Source: Octopus sinensis (Eukaryota). From it: a stretch of 64,000 bases of DNA. The position numbers and the translations under genes are program-made. The first letter of the stretch is position 1, and each line of letters opens with the position of its first letter. Positions 12,315 through 26,600 of this stretch are shown here, piece after piece. The stretch lies in assembly GCF_006345805.1 (NCBI RefSeq), contig NC_043004.1:13454001-13518000 (forward strand), given 5' to 3'. The notes under the pieces were generated by a model, which was not told the DNA's origin, ran no database searches, and worked only from the letters and a program-made list of their open reading frames with translations.

Positions 12315-12985
12315 AATATTAACTCTTTCTGATCAATTGGTGGAGAGTGTATTAACAGGCTATGATGTATTTTTAAAAGAAACAAGCCTCGATAGTGAAC
12401 AATGCAAAGAGAATCATCTTACTATTAGCAAGCAGAGACTGCCGTGCAGTACCATTACAATCACTGTTAGTCATGGTAGTTTTTTCACTGTTAGCAGCGT
12501 ACTCCTTTGATGTCAGTATTATGGTAGGTGGTTCGTTCCGCCCTGCGATGCTATGTATGAAATATACACAGGTGCTAGACCTAGTAATTACGAGATTCAA
12601 GTGAATACGGCTGAATGTGAAGGGGTGTTCGTAAAATGTTGGGAAGTCACTTCTTTGATTGCGGTGTCTCCTGGGATAGTGAAATCGCGAATTTTATTTT
12701 CCTTGACACAGCTCATTTAAATATTTCAAACACTTGATACAGAATGCAGTGATTCAGTTTGAGTCACTGCATTCATAATCTATGATATAATAGAGGCTAA
12801 TTCTTGCAGATTCTCCCCGACGTTTGTTTTAAACTTCCACGACAACGGATCACGAAATGGACGATTAGATGTACATTTTATTAAAACTGTATAAAGTTTA
12901 CTTTATTCTTGACGACAGAGGACCAGTCAATGAAAATAGTGCTGCAGTCCTATTGTTCAGCTCAAAACCCTTTATAATGCCAGTA

Positions 12986-13021
<36 letters not shown>

Positions 13022-13247
13022 AATAAGCAACAAGTATATCTTCGGTAATTTAGTACGGTCTTTTCATGCTACTTCATTTTATTAAACATTGTAAGTATTA
13101 CATTAGTTTTAAAATGTTGAGTAATCTTCAGCCATTCATATGGATAATACCATGAAAAATTCGGGTGCCTCTGACTTAAGTACCATATTCATTTGAGTCA
13201 AAATTTTGCTGAACTTATATATATATTTATATATATATATATATAGT

Positions 13248-13353
<106 letters not shown>

Positions 13354-14071
13354 GCGTGTGTGAATACATGTATAAAACATACACATATGCGAGTATGCAT
13401 GTAACAAAAACGTACGCAGTAACTAGACACAAATTAGTCTAAGTTCTAAATTTTTCCAAAAGGTGCAGTCATACAGTTACACTATTCTATGATTCATTAA
13501 AATATTCTTTATGGTATGGAACGTTTATGTAAATAAAATAAACGGAAGGAAGTCATCTCAAATATTCTTTATAACGGTGATTATAAATATATTATCTGTG
13601 TGTATCCTCCCGGGATATCATGATATCTTGAAGATTTAATAACCTTTCTGTGGATCTTCATAATGGTTCGCAGCGTAATTAATTGAAAATATAATGTGAC
13701 ATAGTACTAATTCAGAAAACGAAACAAGAACTTTCCTCTGTAACTAAAAAATCCTCTATTTCTTTCACTTCGTGATTCACTTATATTCTTTTTAAAATTC
13801 GGCGGCACACGTGAACAAAAAATATAACGAAACGTATTGGGGAAAAATTTATATTCAGGTTACACTGCGGCACACCTAGCCTCGTATCGTGGCACACCAG
13901 TGTGCTTCGGTATACTGATTACGGAACACTGTTCTAGAATGCTCTTTTTCTTTTTGTCTTTCTCCCACACCCTTTCTTCTCCTTTCTCTCTCTCTCTTGC
14001 TCTCTCTCTCTATCGCTCTCACTGCTTGTTTCTCTCTCTAAACATACAGACACACCACACACACCACACCA

Positions 14072-14111
<40 letters not shown>

Positions 14112-14725
14112 CATGCATACACACATACACACACACAAAAGTACGTATTTGTGTATGCATGAGAGGTGACGTGACAAACACTAATGTTTCTGTATGCCAC
14201 ACTCCACCTTACCAATAGAAATACTCCACAATTGCACTCTTTCTCTCTCTGTTTCCTTCTTCGTTTCACCGACAAACAACCTCTGCTCATCTTCTATTAT
14301 TCTGTTATTCAGTTATACTAAACTGCGTCTGAACTTACGTACAATATTCAGTAAAGGTTCATTTGAAAAGAGCGACTTTGTTTCAAGACAAACATCCACA
14401 GAAACACACACACGTATTTCCCCCCTCCCCACACACACACAAACATACAAAATATATCTATTGCATATGAATACAAACATATATGTGTGTGTATATATGT
14501 GTGTATATGTGTGTATGCCTGAGTATACGTGTACATCCATTCCATACTGTTAATTATCCACCTGTCTGTCTATCTTCTGAACTTGTCTTTGTAATAGATA
14601 CTTCGATACTTTGTCCCTCTCAAAGTTTTCCTTCATTTCGTCCATATTCTTGTCTATTGTAGCAAATGAAAAATCGAATAACAAGCAAATGAAAGACGAT
14701 ATTGTCTTACACATAAATTATATGC

Positions 14726-14758
<33 letters not shown>

Positions 14759-14831
14759 GACATATATATATATACAGACATATATATATATACATAAATG
14801 CACCATATATGAATGTATGTAGGTATGCATT

Positions 14832-14862
<31 letters not shown>

Positions 14863-14919
14863 TATATATATTGTACACCTATATATATATATCATATATA
14901 TATATAATATATATGTATA

Positions 14920-14958
<39 letters not shown>

Positions 14959-16149
14959 TATATATATTATATATATATACACGACACGCGTATCTCTGTG
15001 TTTTTATGACTGTATTCGTTGCAATGTGCGTACACATCTGACATCCATGCGTTATCTCCCATGTGCGTTTGAGGAAGAGTTTTGGTGTGTTAGTGTAGTA
15101 TGTGTGTGAGGCAGGCTTCCCTGTGACAGATATTCATAAGCAAAAGATAGATGGTGAAAAAACTAAATTGAACTGTCTGCTTAATAACATAACACTATTC
15201 ATATTTGCTGTACCGTTTCCTGTCACTATCGCTACCCAATATCAGTTTACATGTACTTTTAAGGCCAATATATATTTGCTGATTCACAGCTCCAGCCGTT
15301 GGGAATTCTACATTACTTCATTCGGCTTGGAGACCAGCAAGTTATGAAAGAAATTTTCAACATTTTATTACGTACAGTTAAAAGAGAAACTTTATCGTAA
15401 GTTCAACAAATCTGTTATAATGTCTGTTAAAGCAAGAATCAGAAACTACATTTCGGGCATTCATCGACTAAAATATATAATGTATATTTGATTGTTCTGG
15501 CTATCAAAGCAAGTAGTATTAGATCCTGAATTCCTAACATGAATGTTATGTATGATGCCGTATTGTAATCATCTAAAGATACCTTCATCTAATTAACAGT
15601 AAAGTAGAAGTTAGTAAATCTGTTGTCTTTAAGAATGTACTAAATACCTCACATATTACACTGCTGATAAAGTTGGATAAATTTGATTTTTTTAAAAATT
15701 TTAATTAATTAAACCAGGAATCAGTAGATACCAAATTAGACAACGTAAGATTGTTGTTAAATTATTGCAGACTTCATACAATGAATCGGAACTGGGGAAA
15801 AAAGTAAGGCTAAATTATACTAATTGGTTTCTGATTAAAATGTAGAATTAATTAGGAGTATTTTGGATTTTGTTGTTTTATTATGTTTGATAGGGTAATT
15901 AGAACGACTGTTCTCCGTAAGGATTTGGTATATTAGAATAAGATAATGAGTGTCTGAATACTAATGGATATTATCATTGTTTTTCTTTCTTAGCCCTAGG
16001 CCGTATCTAATGGATGAGAATTGTGATGAAAGGCTTTCTGTCTGCGGTTATTTGATATTTTATACAAATATATCGTAACTCCTCGGACTGCATAAAACAA
16101 TGCCTTCTCCCATTTTTTAAAACTCCGTAGAACGAGATTTGGAAGTTCA

Positions 16150-16455
16150 ATGCCTTGTGAATGGATTTGGTAGACGGAAACTGAAAGAAGCCCGTCGTAT
16201 ATATGTATATATATATATATATGCGTGTGTGTGTTTGTGTGTCTGTGTTTGTCCCCCTAGCATTGCTTGACAGCCGATGCTGGTGTGTTTACGTCCCCGT
16301 TACTTAGCGGTTCGGCAAAAGAGACCGATAGAATAAGTACTGGGCTTACAAAAGAATAATTCCCGGGGTCGAGTTGCCCGATTAAAGGCGGTGCTCCAGC
16401 ATGGCCACAGTCAAATGACTGAAACAAGTAAAAGAGTAAAAGAGTAAAAGAGTAA
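16150..16455 (+). mobile_element. SINE family A, 5'-truncated, with (AAAGAGT)3 tail
   Basis: ggatttggtagacggaaactgaaagaagcccgtcg-(TA/TG)n-...gcggttcggcaaaagagaccgatagaataagtac...gactgaaacaagtaaaagagt. Confidence 0.9.
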
Positions 16456-17299
16456 TTCAGAAAGAATGAACTTAAAATTTCCTCGGCTCAGATTTCTATC
16501 AAGAAGTGGAAATATAAACCATTGTCCTTGCTGATGCTGCTACAGCTGCTGCTGCTGCCACACTTTTCTGGTTTTCAGCCCGGAATCCATTTCGATCATG
16601 CAGAACCAAAATCGAACGAGTTCCAGTTATGAACACCACGTCTGTGACCAAAATAGCGTGTCAAGTTCCACTTTAAGCAATAGGTTCTTCCTACTTTGAA
16701 TTATTCAATTTACGGAAAGATCGGTTGCCATTTCAAGGAGATTGGGTGACACAGTAGAAATTACCTGTTGGACTCGATCGTATTATAAAGGACTAGTGTT
16801 TGAAAGAAAATAACGACATAACCAGTTTACTCTCTCGATAGTGTATACAGATATTCATTAGCCCTTTGCCGACCCTGATCGAGTATTCATATGAAGAAGT
16901 AAATTGACGCTATAAAGAAAGACACTTTTTTTAAAGAATGAGTCAACATAATACATTATGTGATGGGTTTAGTTTGAGAAACATTTTACCGTACTTCGAA
17001 GAAGTCCCTGCAACATGGTAAAGGCTTCTACTTTAGGTTTGTACTGTTGTTTTAAATCCAAGTCGGCCATACATAAGGATCTATATTATCAAAGTTGTTC
17101 CAGACACAAACACACAATCCCCATTTCAAGTAACGTGTTGTGCCTATGGTAACGTAATTTTGGTTTCATTTTTTTAACGGCTAAGAATTTAATTTCACTT
17201 CATAATTTGAAACTGACTTGTAAGTATGTATTTTATTTCTCCTTATGTCATATTGTTATTTTTGATATTTGGTTAATTACGATGTATTAATGTTGTTTT

Positions 17300-19255
17300 T
17301 TATTGGAGTGTTTATGTATATGAGATGTGTGTGAGTTTTTAGTTGTATATTTATTTATCTGTATGAGTGTGGGTGTGTAAATATTGTTGTATATATCGAG
17401 TTTAGTGAGTATGTATATGCGTATATGTGAGGGAGTATATGTATCTGTTGTGTGTGTTGTTTTGCGTGTGTGTGTGTTTGTGTGTGAATGTGTATATGGG
17501 TTTTATTTAGGTTTTGGGATGTATGTGTTAATTTGTCTGTGTGGGGAGGGAGTGGGTTTTTGGTGTATATTGAGGTTTATAAGTTAGTATAGGTATGTGT
17601 ATAAGTCGTGGGTCTGTGGTTTACGTGTGTGTTTTTTGTGTGTGAATGTTTAGGTTAGGGGGATTGCTATAGAGGTTTGTTATAGAGTTTAGCAAAGGGA
17701 GATTTTATCGTTATATGTTTTTAAGAGTTTTGGTTTATCATGGTTTTTTTAGGGAATTCGTGGTAATTTGTCTATTTTCGATGTTGTTTGTTTTATTACA
17801 TTGTTTCATTCATAATTTTTGAGTGGTGTTCGTTTTGCCACGTGAATATTATTTTTCATTCCATTTATTCCATTTCTCCATTCATTATTTTAAAAGATGT
17901 TCGTTTCCAGAGCGGTTATACTTTTTATACATATGTTAAGTTCCTTGGTAAAGTAATTTTTTTGGTGTATATGTTGAGCGTATATGTACTTGTGGGTGTG
18001 TGTGAGTGGGGTGGGTGTTTGTATTTGTTATGGTGTGTGGTTTACGTGTGTGTATTTGTGTGTGAATGTATAGGTTAAAGGGATTGCTATATAAGTATGT
18101 TATAGTGTTTAGTAAAGGGAGGGTTTATCATTTATGTTTTGTGAGTTTTAGCTTATCATGGTAGTTTTATAAAAGATCCATTCATAATTTTTGTGTTTAT
18201 TTGTCTGTGTGGGGTGAGTGGGTTTTTGGAGTATATGTTGAGGTCTATATGTATGTATAGGTATGTGTAAGTGGTGTGGGTATTTGTATATGTCGTGGGT
18301 GTGTGGTTTATGTGTGTGTATTTGTGTGGAATGTTTAGGTTAGGGGGATTGCTATATAGGTATGTTATAGAGTTTAGTAAAGGGAGATTTATCATTATAT
18401 GTTTTTATGAGTTTTGTTTATCATGGTAGGTTTTTTAAGGAATTCGTAGTAATTTGTGTCTATTTGCGATGTCTGTTGTTTTATTGCATTGTTTCATTCA
18501 TAATTTTTAAGTAGTGTTCGTTTTACAAGTGAATATAATTTTTAATTCCATTTATTCCATTTCTCCGTTCATAATTTTAAGTGATGTCCGTTTTCTAGAG
18601 CGCTGAATGTGGGTTGTATGTGTGTGTGTGTGGGAGTATGAATAAGTATTGTGTTGAAGTATTTAGCTATTTTATTTATTTATAGTTGCCTAGACGTTTT
18701 TATGTGTATGTATAGGGATATATATATAGGTGTGTGATTTAGTGTATGTAGTTAGATATGTTTATATAATTAGTTATATGTGTATGGGTGTATATATAGT
18801 TTATTATTATATATTATTATTTTTTTGTTTTGTTTTATATTATATTTTTATTTTATATTTTATATTTAATTGTTGATAGGTTTATTTTAGTTTATATTTG
18901 TTTTATATATTGATTATATATGGATTATATATAGGTTATATATGGATTATATATTTATATTTTTTCATTCATACTTTAATTATTTTAAAATTATTATTTT
19001 TATATTTTAAAATATTGATATTTAGATTGGAAGTCCACCTGAAGAATGTCGATCAAGACAGAAAACAATTGTAGTGGCGGTTTTTTTGACTATTTATTAA
19101 AATTTTATGTATTGATTAAGTCTTTCCTTGTTTGTTTTGCAAAATAGTGGTTTTGTCTCTAATAATATTTTATAATATTTTACTATAAAATTGGATTTAA
19201 TCCTAAATCTGATTTTTTTCCCTGTAAATTTGGATTTATTCCCTAATATTTATTA
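17300..19255 (+). repeat. G/T-rich, C-poor block with a ~380-bp unit in about 2.5 diverged copies (17532-17914, 17962-18195, 18200-18602) and a hammerhead near its 3' end; PLE pLTR-like
   Basis: Repeated tttgtctgtgtgggg...ggttaggggattgctat...agtttag.aaagggag...tcatggt. Hammerhead-like motif at 19035-19076. Confidence 0.6.
19035..19076 (+). ncRNA. Minimal type I hammerhead motif
   Basis: ccac-CTGAAGA-A-TGTC gatcaa GACA-GAAA-ACAATTGT-A-gtgg. Stems I and II pair, stem III is palindromic, and the GAAA box has one extra A. Confidence 0.65.
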
Positions 19256-21364
19256 TTATATATATATATATATATTAATATATATATTATATACATACAT
19301 ATATATATATACACACACACACACACAAATATATATATATATATATGGATATATATTGAGTTAGACTAATACAATACATGCACATGCACACGTAGTAGGG
19401 TTGGGAGTGAAAGCACACCCCATAGCACTTCATAGGACCTCCGACACTGCAGTGGGGAATGAACAATTGCATCCACATCTCGAAACCCTGGTCCTAATAT
19501 CTATGGCACGGTAGATTCATCTGAAGTTATCCAAGATGCCAGGTGTTTGTGAAATATCGCTTGATAGATCAAGTCTACCATCTAGGTAATAGATGGCAGG
19601 ATTTGATATCAGAAGACAATAAGATGTGACAAAGAAGCACGGCTGCGCCTTTGACTTTAATCTTCAGCTATTTCACCATCCTGTTTTAACATTTTTATAC
19701 AGACTGCAAAAAAATAAAAATAATAAAGGCGATACGGGGGTATTGAACCTGAAAGTACAGAGTCAAATGGAAAATCACGATCTGTACTATACTCTTTATA
19801 ACTCTAACTATTGCGTCTACATATTTTCTCTCTTCTTCTATTTCTTTCTCCAGCTTTCTCTCCCTCCCGCTCTTTCTCTCCATCTCTCACACTATCTCTC
19901 TTCTCTCGATATATAAATATATATATATAAACATAAATCTATATATGTATGTATATATATATATATATATATATGCATGTATATGTGTGTATATATATAT
20001 GTATGTATGTATACATATATATATGTAGATACAAACATACATATATATTATATATATATTATACATGTATATGTATACATATATCTTTAAGTATAAATCT
20101 ATATATATATGTGTGTGTATGCATGTGTCTATATATATATGTATACATATATATATATATATAAATATATGTGTATATGTATATATATATACATGCACAC
20201 ACACATACATACATATATATACGTATGTGTTTGTGTGTATATATGTATATATGTATATATAAATATATATATATACGCACAAACACACACAGACACACAC
20301 ATATATATATATATACATATATATTGTAGTGTATTGTTTGCCATTCATAACATATTTAACCCAAGTACTTGATGAAATATCTCGCTGTGAATTTCAGAGA
20401 AATATGCAAGAAACAATTTAATAAATATAAGTGTATGTGTGCCTATATGTGTGTGCCTATGCCTGTTTGCGTGCGTGCTTGTATGCGTGGCGAAGAGTGT
20501 TTACGATGATAATCTCACCCAAGTACTTGATGGAATATCTCTTCACTGAGAGTTTAACAGCAATATATTTCAATTATTTCACAGCAGAGGAAGTGTTATT
20601 TAAATATTAATCAACAAGGAACATTTCAAACCGAATTTCTATGTCTTTGAAGTTTAACTGCTATCAAAGAAAATAAAAATCAAACAGCAAATTGGTGCAA
20701 TGCAATGAATATTCTTATTAAAACAAAATTTCGAATTAAGGAGAAATAGAAGTGAGGATTTCGTATTGTTATATTACAAACAATGATTGAAATCAAAGTG
20801 AAATTCATAGCTTAGGTATTTTTTTATATCTTTGGCGTAAATGCTTTTAAAGGGGCTTCTTGTGAGAGCTGTTATATGTATGTTTGAATGAAAGCTGGAA
20901 CGTGCACAACATGGGTGTTGTGCTAGGCTTTCATAATAGTTAGAAAATATTGATATGGTGATAGGAGTGATAGAATGTTCTTAATAAGTTTATGTCTTCA
21001 ATAGCTGTTGGATCCTCATGATTAGGCTGTAGCTTATTTTATACAAAGCAAGCCTGTACGTTAGCAACATTTTGCGAACGGACTTCTCGATCTCAATACA
21101 TGTCTGACATATCGAACCATGATATAATATTACCTAATATATCAAACCAAATGCAACGCTAATAGTTTTCTTCTGATAAACACGGTGTTCCTGATACATA
21201 TTTATCTATCTATTATCTCTCTATTTATCTATCTATATCTGACTCTGTCACTCTCTCTCCCTATATATATATTAAATCCTCCTTCACTCTCAATGAATAT
21301 ATATACACATGGACACATATGTAGATATATACTTACACAAATAGGCATGTTCATATATATATAT

Positions 21365-21399
<35 letters not shown>

Positions 21400-21570
21400 T
21401 GTACTATCGGGGGAAGAAGCATTTCATATATAGTATGTATGCATACTACATATATATAGAAACTAAGAGGGATAGGAAATAGATAGGTAGTTATGGATAT
21501 GTTTGCATTTATATAGTCTATATATCTATATCTACATGTATATCTAGCTATCTATCTATATATTATTTAA

Positions 21571-21697
21571 CACACTCACCGGTAAAGTTTCCACTCATTT
21601 ATTTATTTATTTTTCCTAAAATTTGACTATTGAAAAGGTTGCAAGACGCAACGAAAATTAAATAAGTAAATGAGTGAAAACTTTACCGGTGAGTGTG
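21571..21697. mobile_element. 127-bp MITE with ~33-bp TIRs, flanked by TTAA
   Basis: ttaa|cacactcaccggtaaagtttccactcatttattta ... taagtaaatgagtgaaaactttaccggtgagtgtg|ttaa. Confidence 0.85.
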
Positions 21698-22091
21698 TTA
21701 AATATTAAGACACAAAAAGAGAATGACTCTCCCCGACACAACAGAATATGCTTCAACACACGAACTCACATAGAGAATCTAGCTAACCAAACAGAAAAAA
21801 ACGAAGTGTATATATATGTGTATATATTTATATATATATATATATATGTATGTATATATGTATATATATATATGTATATATGTATATATACACGTACGTA
21901 TACATATCTCATACGTATATATATATGTGTATATATATTATAATATATATATATATATATATAATATATATACGTATAATATATAAATATAAATACATCT
22001 TTGTATATATATATAGAGAGAGATAAAGATATATATGCATGTATGTATGTATATACATATAACATATGACATATATATTTGTATGTATATA

Positions 22092-22127
<36 letters not shown>

Positions 22128-22519
22128 GTATTATTTATATATAGATACAGTGTTTCTGTGTATGTGTATTATATGCGTGTGTGTATTAAACGTATATATA
22201 TATATATTTTTTATAAATATATATGTATACATATACATATGATATATATATTCATGTATATATACGTATAGCTATATCTATAAATAGTTTCTATGTAAAT
22301 ATATTGCAAATATATGTATATATATATATATATATGCATATATATGTATATCTATATATGTATATATATATGTGTGTGTGTATACATATATATATACACG
22401 CACACAATGTATGCATACTATATATAGAAACTGAGAAGGATAGGAAATAGATAGGTAGTTAGGATATTTTTTCATATATATAGTTCATCTCTCTTTCGCT
22501 CTCTCTCTCTGTTCCTCCC

Positions 22520-22586
<67 letters not shown>

Positions 22587-23411
22587 TGTATGAAAGCACA
22601 CATACATATATGGGTTATACTTTGCGTGAGAGTCTAATGTTGTTTGTGGTATGCGCACATCAATGCGTATCATCATTGTATGTTTGTGTATGTATATGTT
22701 TATGAAAATGCTTTTATTCATGTTTGTGGATGCGCTTTGTTTGTGTTTTGCGTGTTTATGTGTCGTTATGAATAATTTTACGCTTAAGTTCATTTCGATA
22801 CAGTTTTATGTATATCGAACTTTTGTGCGTCACTAGGACATTTTTATTGTTATTTTAACAAAATCAAGAATTATGTCGATTATAAAATATTTCAAAGTGT
22901 GTATTTAACTTTATCGTTCCCCCAAAACGATGTTAAATCAAATCAAAAATTTACAACAATGCTACAAGAGAGAATTTTTCAGCTTGCCAAGAATATATAT
23001 TTTATTGTTTGTCATTTATACAGTTGGCAAGTGATAAAATAGTTGTGCAAGATATAAACACAAGTTAACGGTAAGATAACACACCGAATAACAGATTATA
23101 TGCTAGGAAAGCTTTCATAGCCAAATCTGGGACGTGTGCAAGCAAATCTAATACATGATGTATTTATAATATAATACTGAGTTTGCAGAACCCTATACTA
23201 ATGCAAATACATTCTATATTCAAGACTTAGAAATTATTATTAACATTCTACATATACACATACACATACAGACATATGTGTGTATATATATATACATATA
23301 TACATACACATGTTTAGGTATTAAACCTTTAGTTTAATGTTATATTGCTTTATATATAATTTCACGTAAAAACAAACAATAATCGCTCTCCCCTCTCTCT
23401 CCCTCTCCTCG

Positions 23412-23447
<36 letters not shown>

Positions 23448-23546
23448 CATATATATATAGGGAAGATGTCTATGATGTTACATGGCCTTTTATCAGAGGT
23501 AGAATATTTCTAGCAAATAAAGTATTCACAAACACCTATACAGCAA

Positions 23547-23577
<31 letters not shown>

Positions 23578-23584
23578 CACACAC

Positions 23585-23621
<37 letters not shown>

Positions 23622-24931
23622 TCTACACAAACAGGAAGGGACGCATATGAAAATATGAAAATGCTTCATAAAATGCGGCAGGACTAGAGAACTGCTGTTG
23701 TAATCATATAGAGTTCAAATCTCAAAAAGAATCTGTTTCCCTATTTTCAAATATAAATTCATATAAACATCATATGTGGATATAAATTATAATGGGGGAG
23801 GCCGGTTTATGGGGTTATCCTGGGTTTCCCGTCTATAAGGCGTTTCGCCCTACGGCGTATTGTCAAACCTTAAATCTATTGGCCTGAGACCTCTTCAAAA
23901 TATGGAGGACGAAATGCTTCGCTGGGAAAATAAACAACAGGCGATTATCTCCCTTTGCATTGTCCATCGAGTTCGGCCACGCCGCCATCTTGCGGTCATC
24001 AAAAATCACGAAGGTAAAAGATGTTCTTCCTTCAGCCTTGGCAATCGGCTTCCGGTTGTGCCGTCACCTTGCGGATACCAAAACGCTAGCAGGAATATTC
24101 CAAAATGCAAACATGATCCGAAAATCTCCATATATATATATATATATGGATGGATGGAAGGATTTCCGGCCGCTGCTAAAGCGTAGAATCCACCGTATCC
24201 TGTTGCATGACTGGGTCGTCGGCGAGTAAATCTGCACCACTATAAGGCTTAGCTTGTGAGGACTGTTGCTAGAAAACCAGCAGGACTAAGCACTAGACCT
24301 GTCAAAAGGGCACATTTACCGTGTATATGCTTAATGACTATTTAGCAATATCGCGAACCGCTCTTGGAAATAATGTGTCGGTGTCTGGCGTGCTGGAAGA
24401 CCACTGACTGAGAAGCACCCCTTAGCTTTTGTTAAAGCATGTCTCTAGGGGAAGGTCGCTATGATATAAAACCAGATATACATTGAATAGCATTGAACAT
24501 TTGGGATATGTTTTACTTACGATTGGGGCTATGGCGCTCTTATATTCCTGAGCCTGCAGCCTATATTAGCACGAGATACCTTGCTCTAGCTTGTCTCCAG
24601 ATGATGTAAATAGAGTGGAGAGGTCTAGGAGGTTCTGTGAAAGTCTTCTTGGATCTAAAATTTTAAGTTTTGTGAACGACATCGAGGCGGCTATCTCATT
24701 TGCGGTCGACACAAGCATAGATCCGAAGTTTCTTTTTATCCATGTTGTACTCAACGTTCCTGAAACAATGGCCTAATTATTCAAAAAGAAAAAGAGTAGC
24801 ACAATTAGGTAGAACGAAAACTGGGCTTTAAAATGCTATATAAAGTCAAAGTAATTTAATGAGAATTAATTTGAAAATACATCATTTAAAACCAAAATTT
24901 AAAATTCCGCAAGATCTTTCTTGACAACCTA

Positions 24932-24965
<34 letters not shown>

Positions 24966-25027
24966 TGTGTGTGTGCGTGCGTGCGTGTGTTTTTGTGTGT
25001 TTGTGTGTATGTATGTATATATGTATG

Positions 25028-25075
<48 letters not shown>

Positions 25076-26074
25076 CATACATATGTTTATGTGTGTGTAT
25101 ATATGTATATACACACAAACAAACATCGACAGCCATCATGTATGTGTGTGTGTCTGTGTGTCTGTGTGTCTGTGGCTTAAATTTCACTTCTTTTATGAAT
25201 CATTTTATATATTTTCGCATAATTTACTTTGCAGTTTGAACTGAATAGTAAAGTTGCTAAATCACTACATAACCTTTCGAAACCTTCATAGACTCATTTT
25301 CAGGTCGAAGTGATAGTCACAATGGTTGTTCACTATTATATATTAGAAAGGACCGATTTGACTACTGCAAGGATTACCACCAGAAATGATATCTCACGGT
25401 AACGTCATTTCTATACCTCTTATCTATACGTCTTTTCTCAGTTGCTTATGTATTTATGAATTTAGTTTATATAATGATATATGTTGTTTGTATGTTCACT
25501 GAGGCATTGTGCACTGCAGTGAATATTTCTCGTATATTTAATCGATTATTCTTGTGGGGAATTTTATGTATTTGATACATTGGCCTATAGTAATTTCTTT
25601 TACGTTTTGTGTTGTGTTGTATGGTGCATGGGAAATGGACCTTGTGAATAGCGAGGTCAAAGAGCATAGTGAAACACTAAGAGAATGTCGTTCTGTTATG
25701 GTCTGTTAGCGTCATGCAATTTACAACTTTCACCTTTGCAATCGAATTTATTATTCACTATTATTCACCATTGATCATTAGTAGCTTCTTGGTAGGTTGC
25801 ACAAAGTGCTCATGGTTTGTGGTAGAAAAGAAAGTTTTTAATTTTAGTGCTTTCGTGGTATATTATTATTATTAGCGTTAATTTATCTTTTGAGATAATA
25901 CCTTTGTGTTGTTTCGTGATGTTTATGATTAAAAGTTCTGTTATTCCGTACTAAGCTTGCATTTGATTCACGCTATACAGTCTATGTGTGTGTGTGGTTC
26001 GTGCATTTTCAGTTGAGTCGTATCTGACATATATTTCCTCTTGTATATTTTCATCCTATATAATCTCTTACTTA

Positions 26075-26528
26075 GGGCGGCAAGCTGGCAAAATCATTAA
26101 CACGCCAGGCGAAATGTTTAGCGGTATTTCGTCTGCCGTTAAAGGCGGCGAGCTGGCAGAAACGTTAGCACGCCAGGCGAAATGCGTAGCCGTATTTCGT
26201 CTGCCGTTACGTTATGAGTTCAAATTCCGCCGAAGTCGACTTTGTCTTTCATCCTTTTGGGGTCGATAAATTAAATACCAGTTACGCACTGGGGTCGATG
26301 TAATCGACTTAGTACCTATATCTGTCCTTGTTTCTTCCCTCTATGTTTAGCCCCTTGTGGGTAATAAAAAATAGGTATTTCGTCTGTCGTTACTTTCTGA
26401 GTTCAAATTCCGCCGAAGTCGACTTTGCCTTTTATCCTTTAGGGGTCTATTAAATAAGTACCAGTTACGCACTGAGATCGTTGTTTGTCCCCTCTATGTT
26501 TAGCCTCCTGTGGGCAATAAAGAAATAA
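26075..26528 (+). mobile_element. SINE family B multimer: extra head, full unit, then a second headless unit
   Basis: ggcggc.agctggca.aa.c.tta.cacgccaggcgaaatg occurs twice. gagttcaaattccgccgaagtcgactttg...cccctctatgtttagcc..ttgtggg.aataaa also occurs twice. Confidence 0.85.
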
Positions 26529-26600
26529 ATATTATTTTACTTAGTCCATTAATTGTATTGTATATTCGATGTTTTATTCAGTGGAAAGTTTGTTAAAATG

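Noticed and set aside
12690-12980. FN3- or CUB-like protein fragment on the minus strand
   Set aside because: Careful translation gives multiple stops in every frame; the resemblance is too weak.
20355-22480. Short direct duplications (20357/20517; 21437/22410; also 54112/54158 and 54810/54837)
   Set aside because: Ordinary local slippage or duplication with no further structure.
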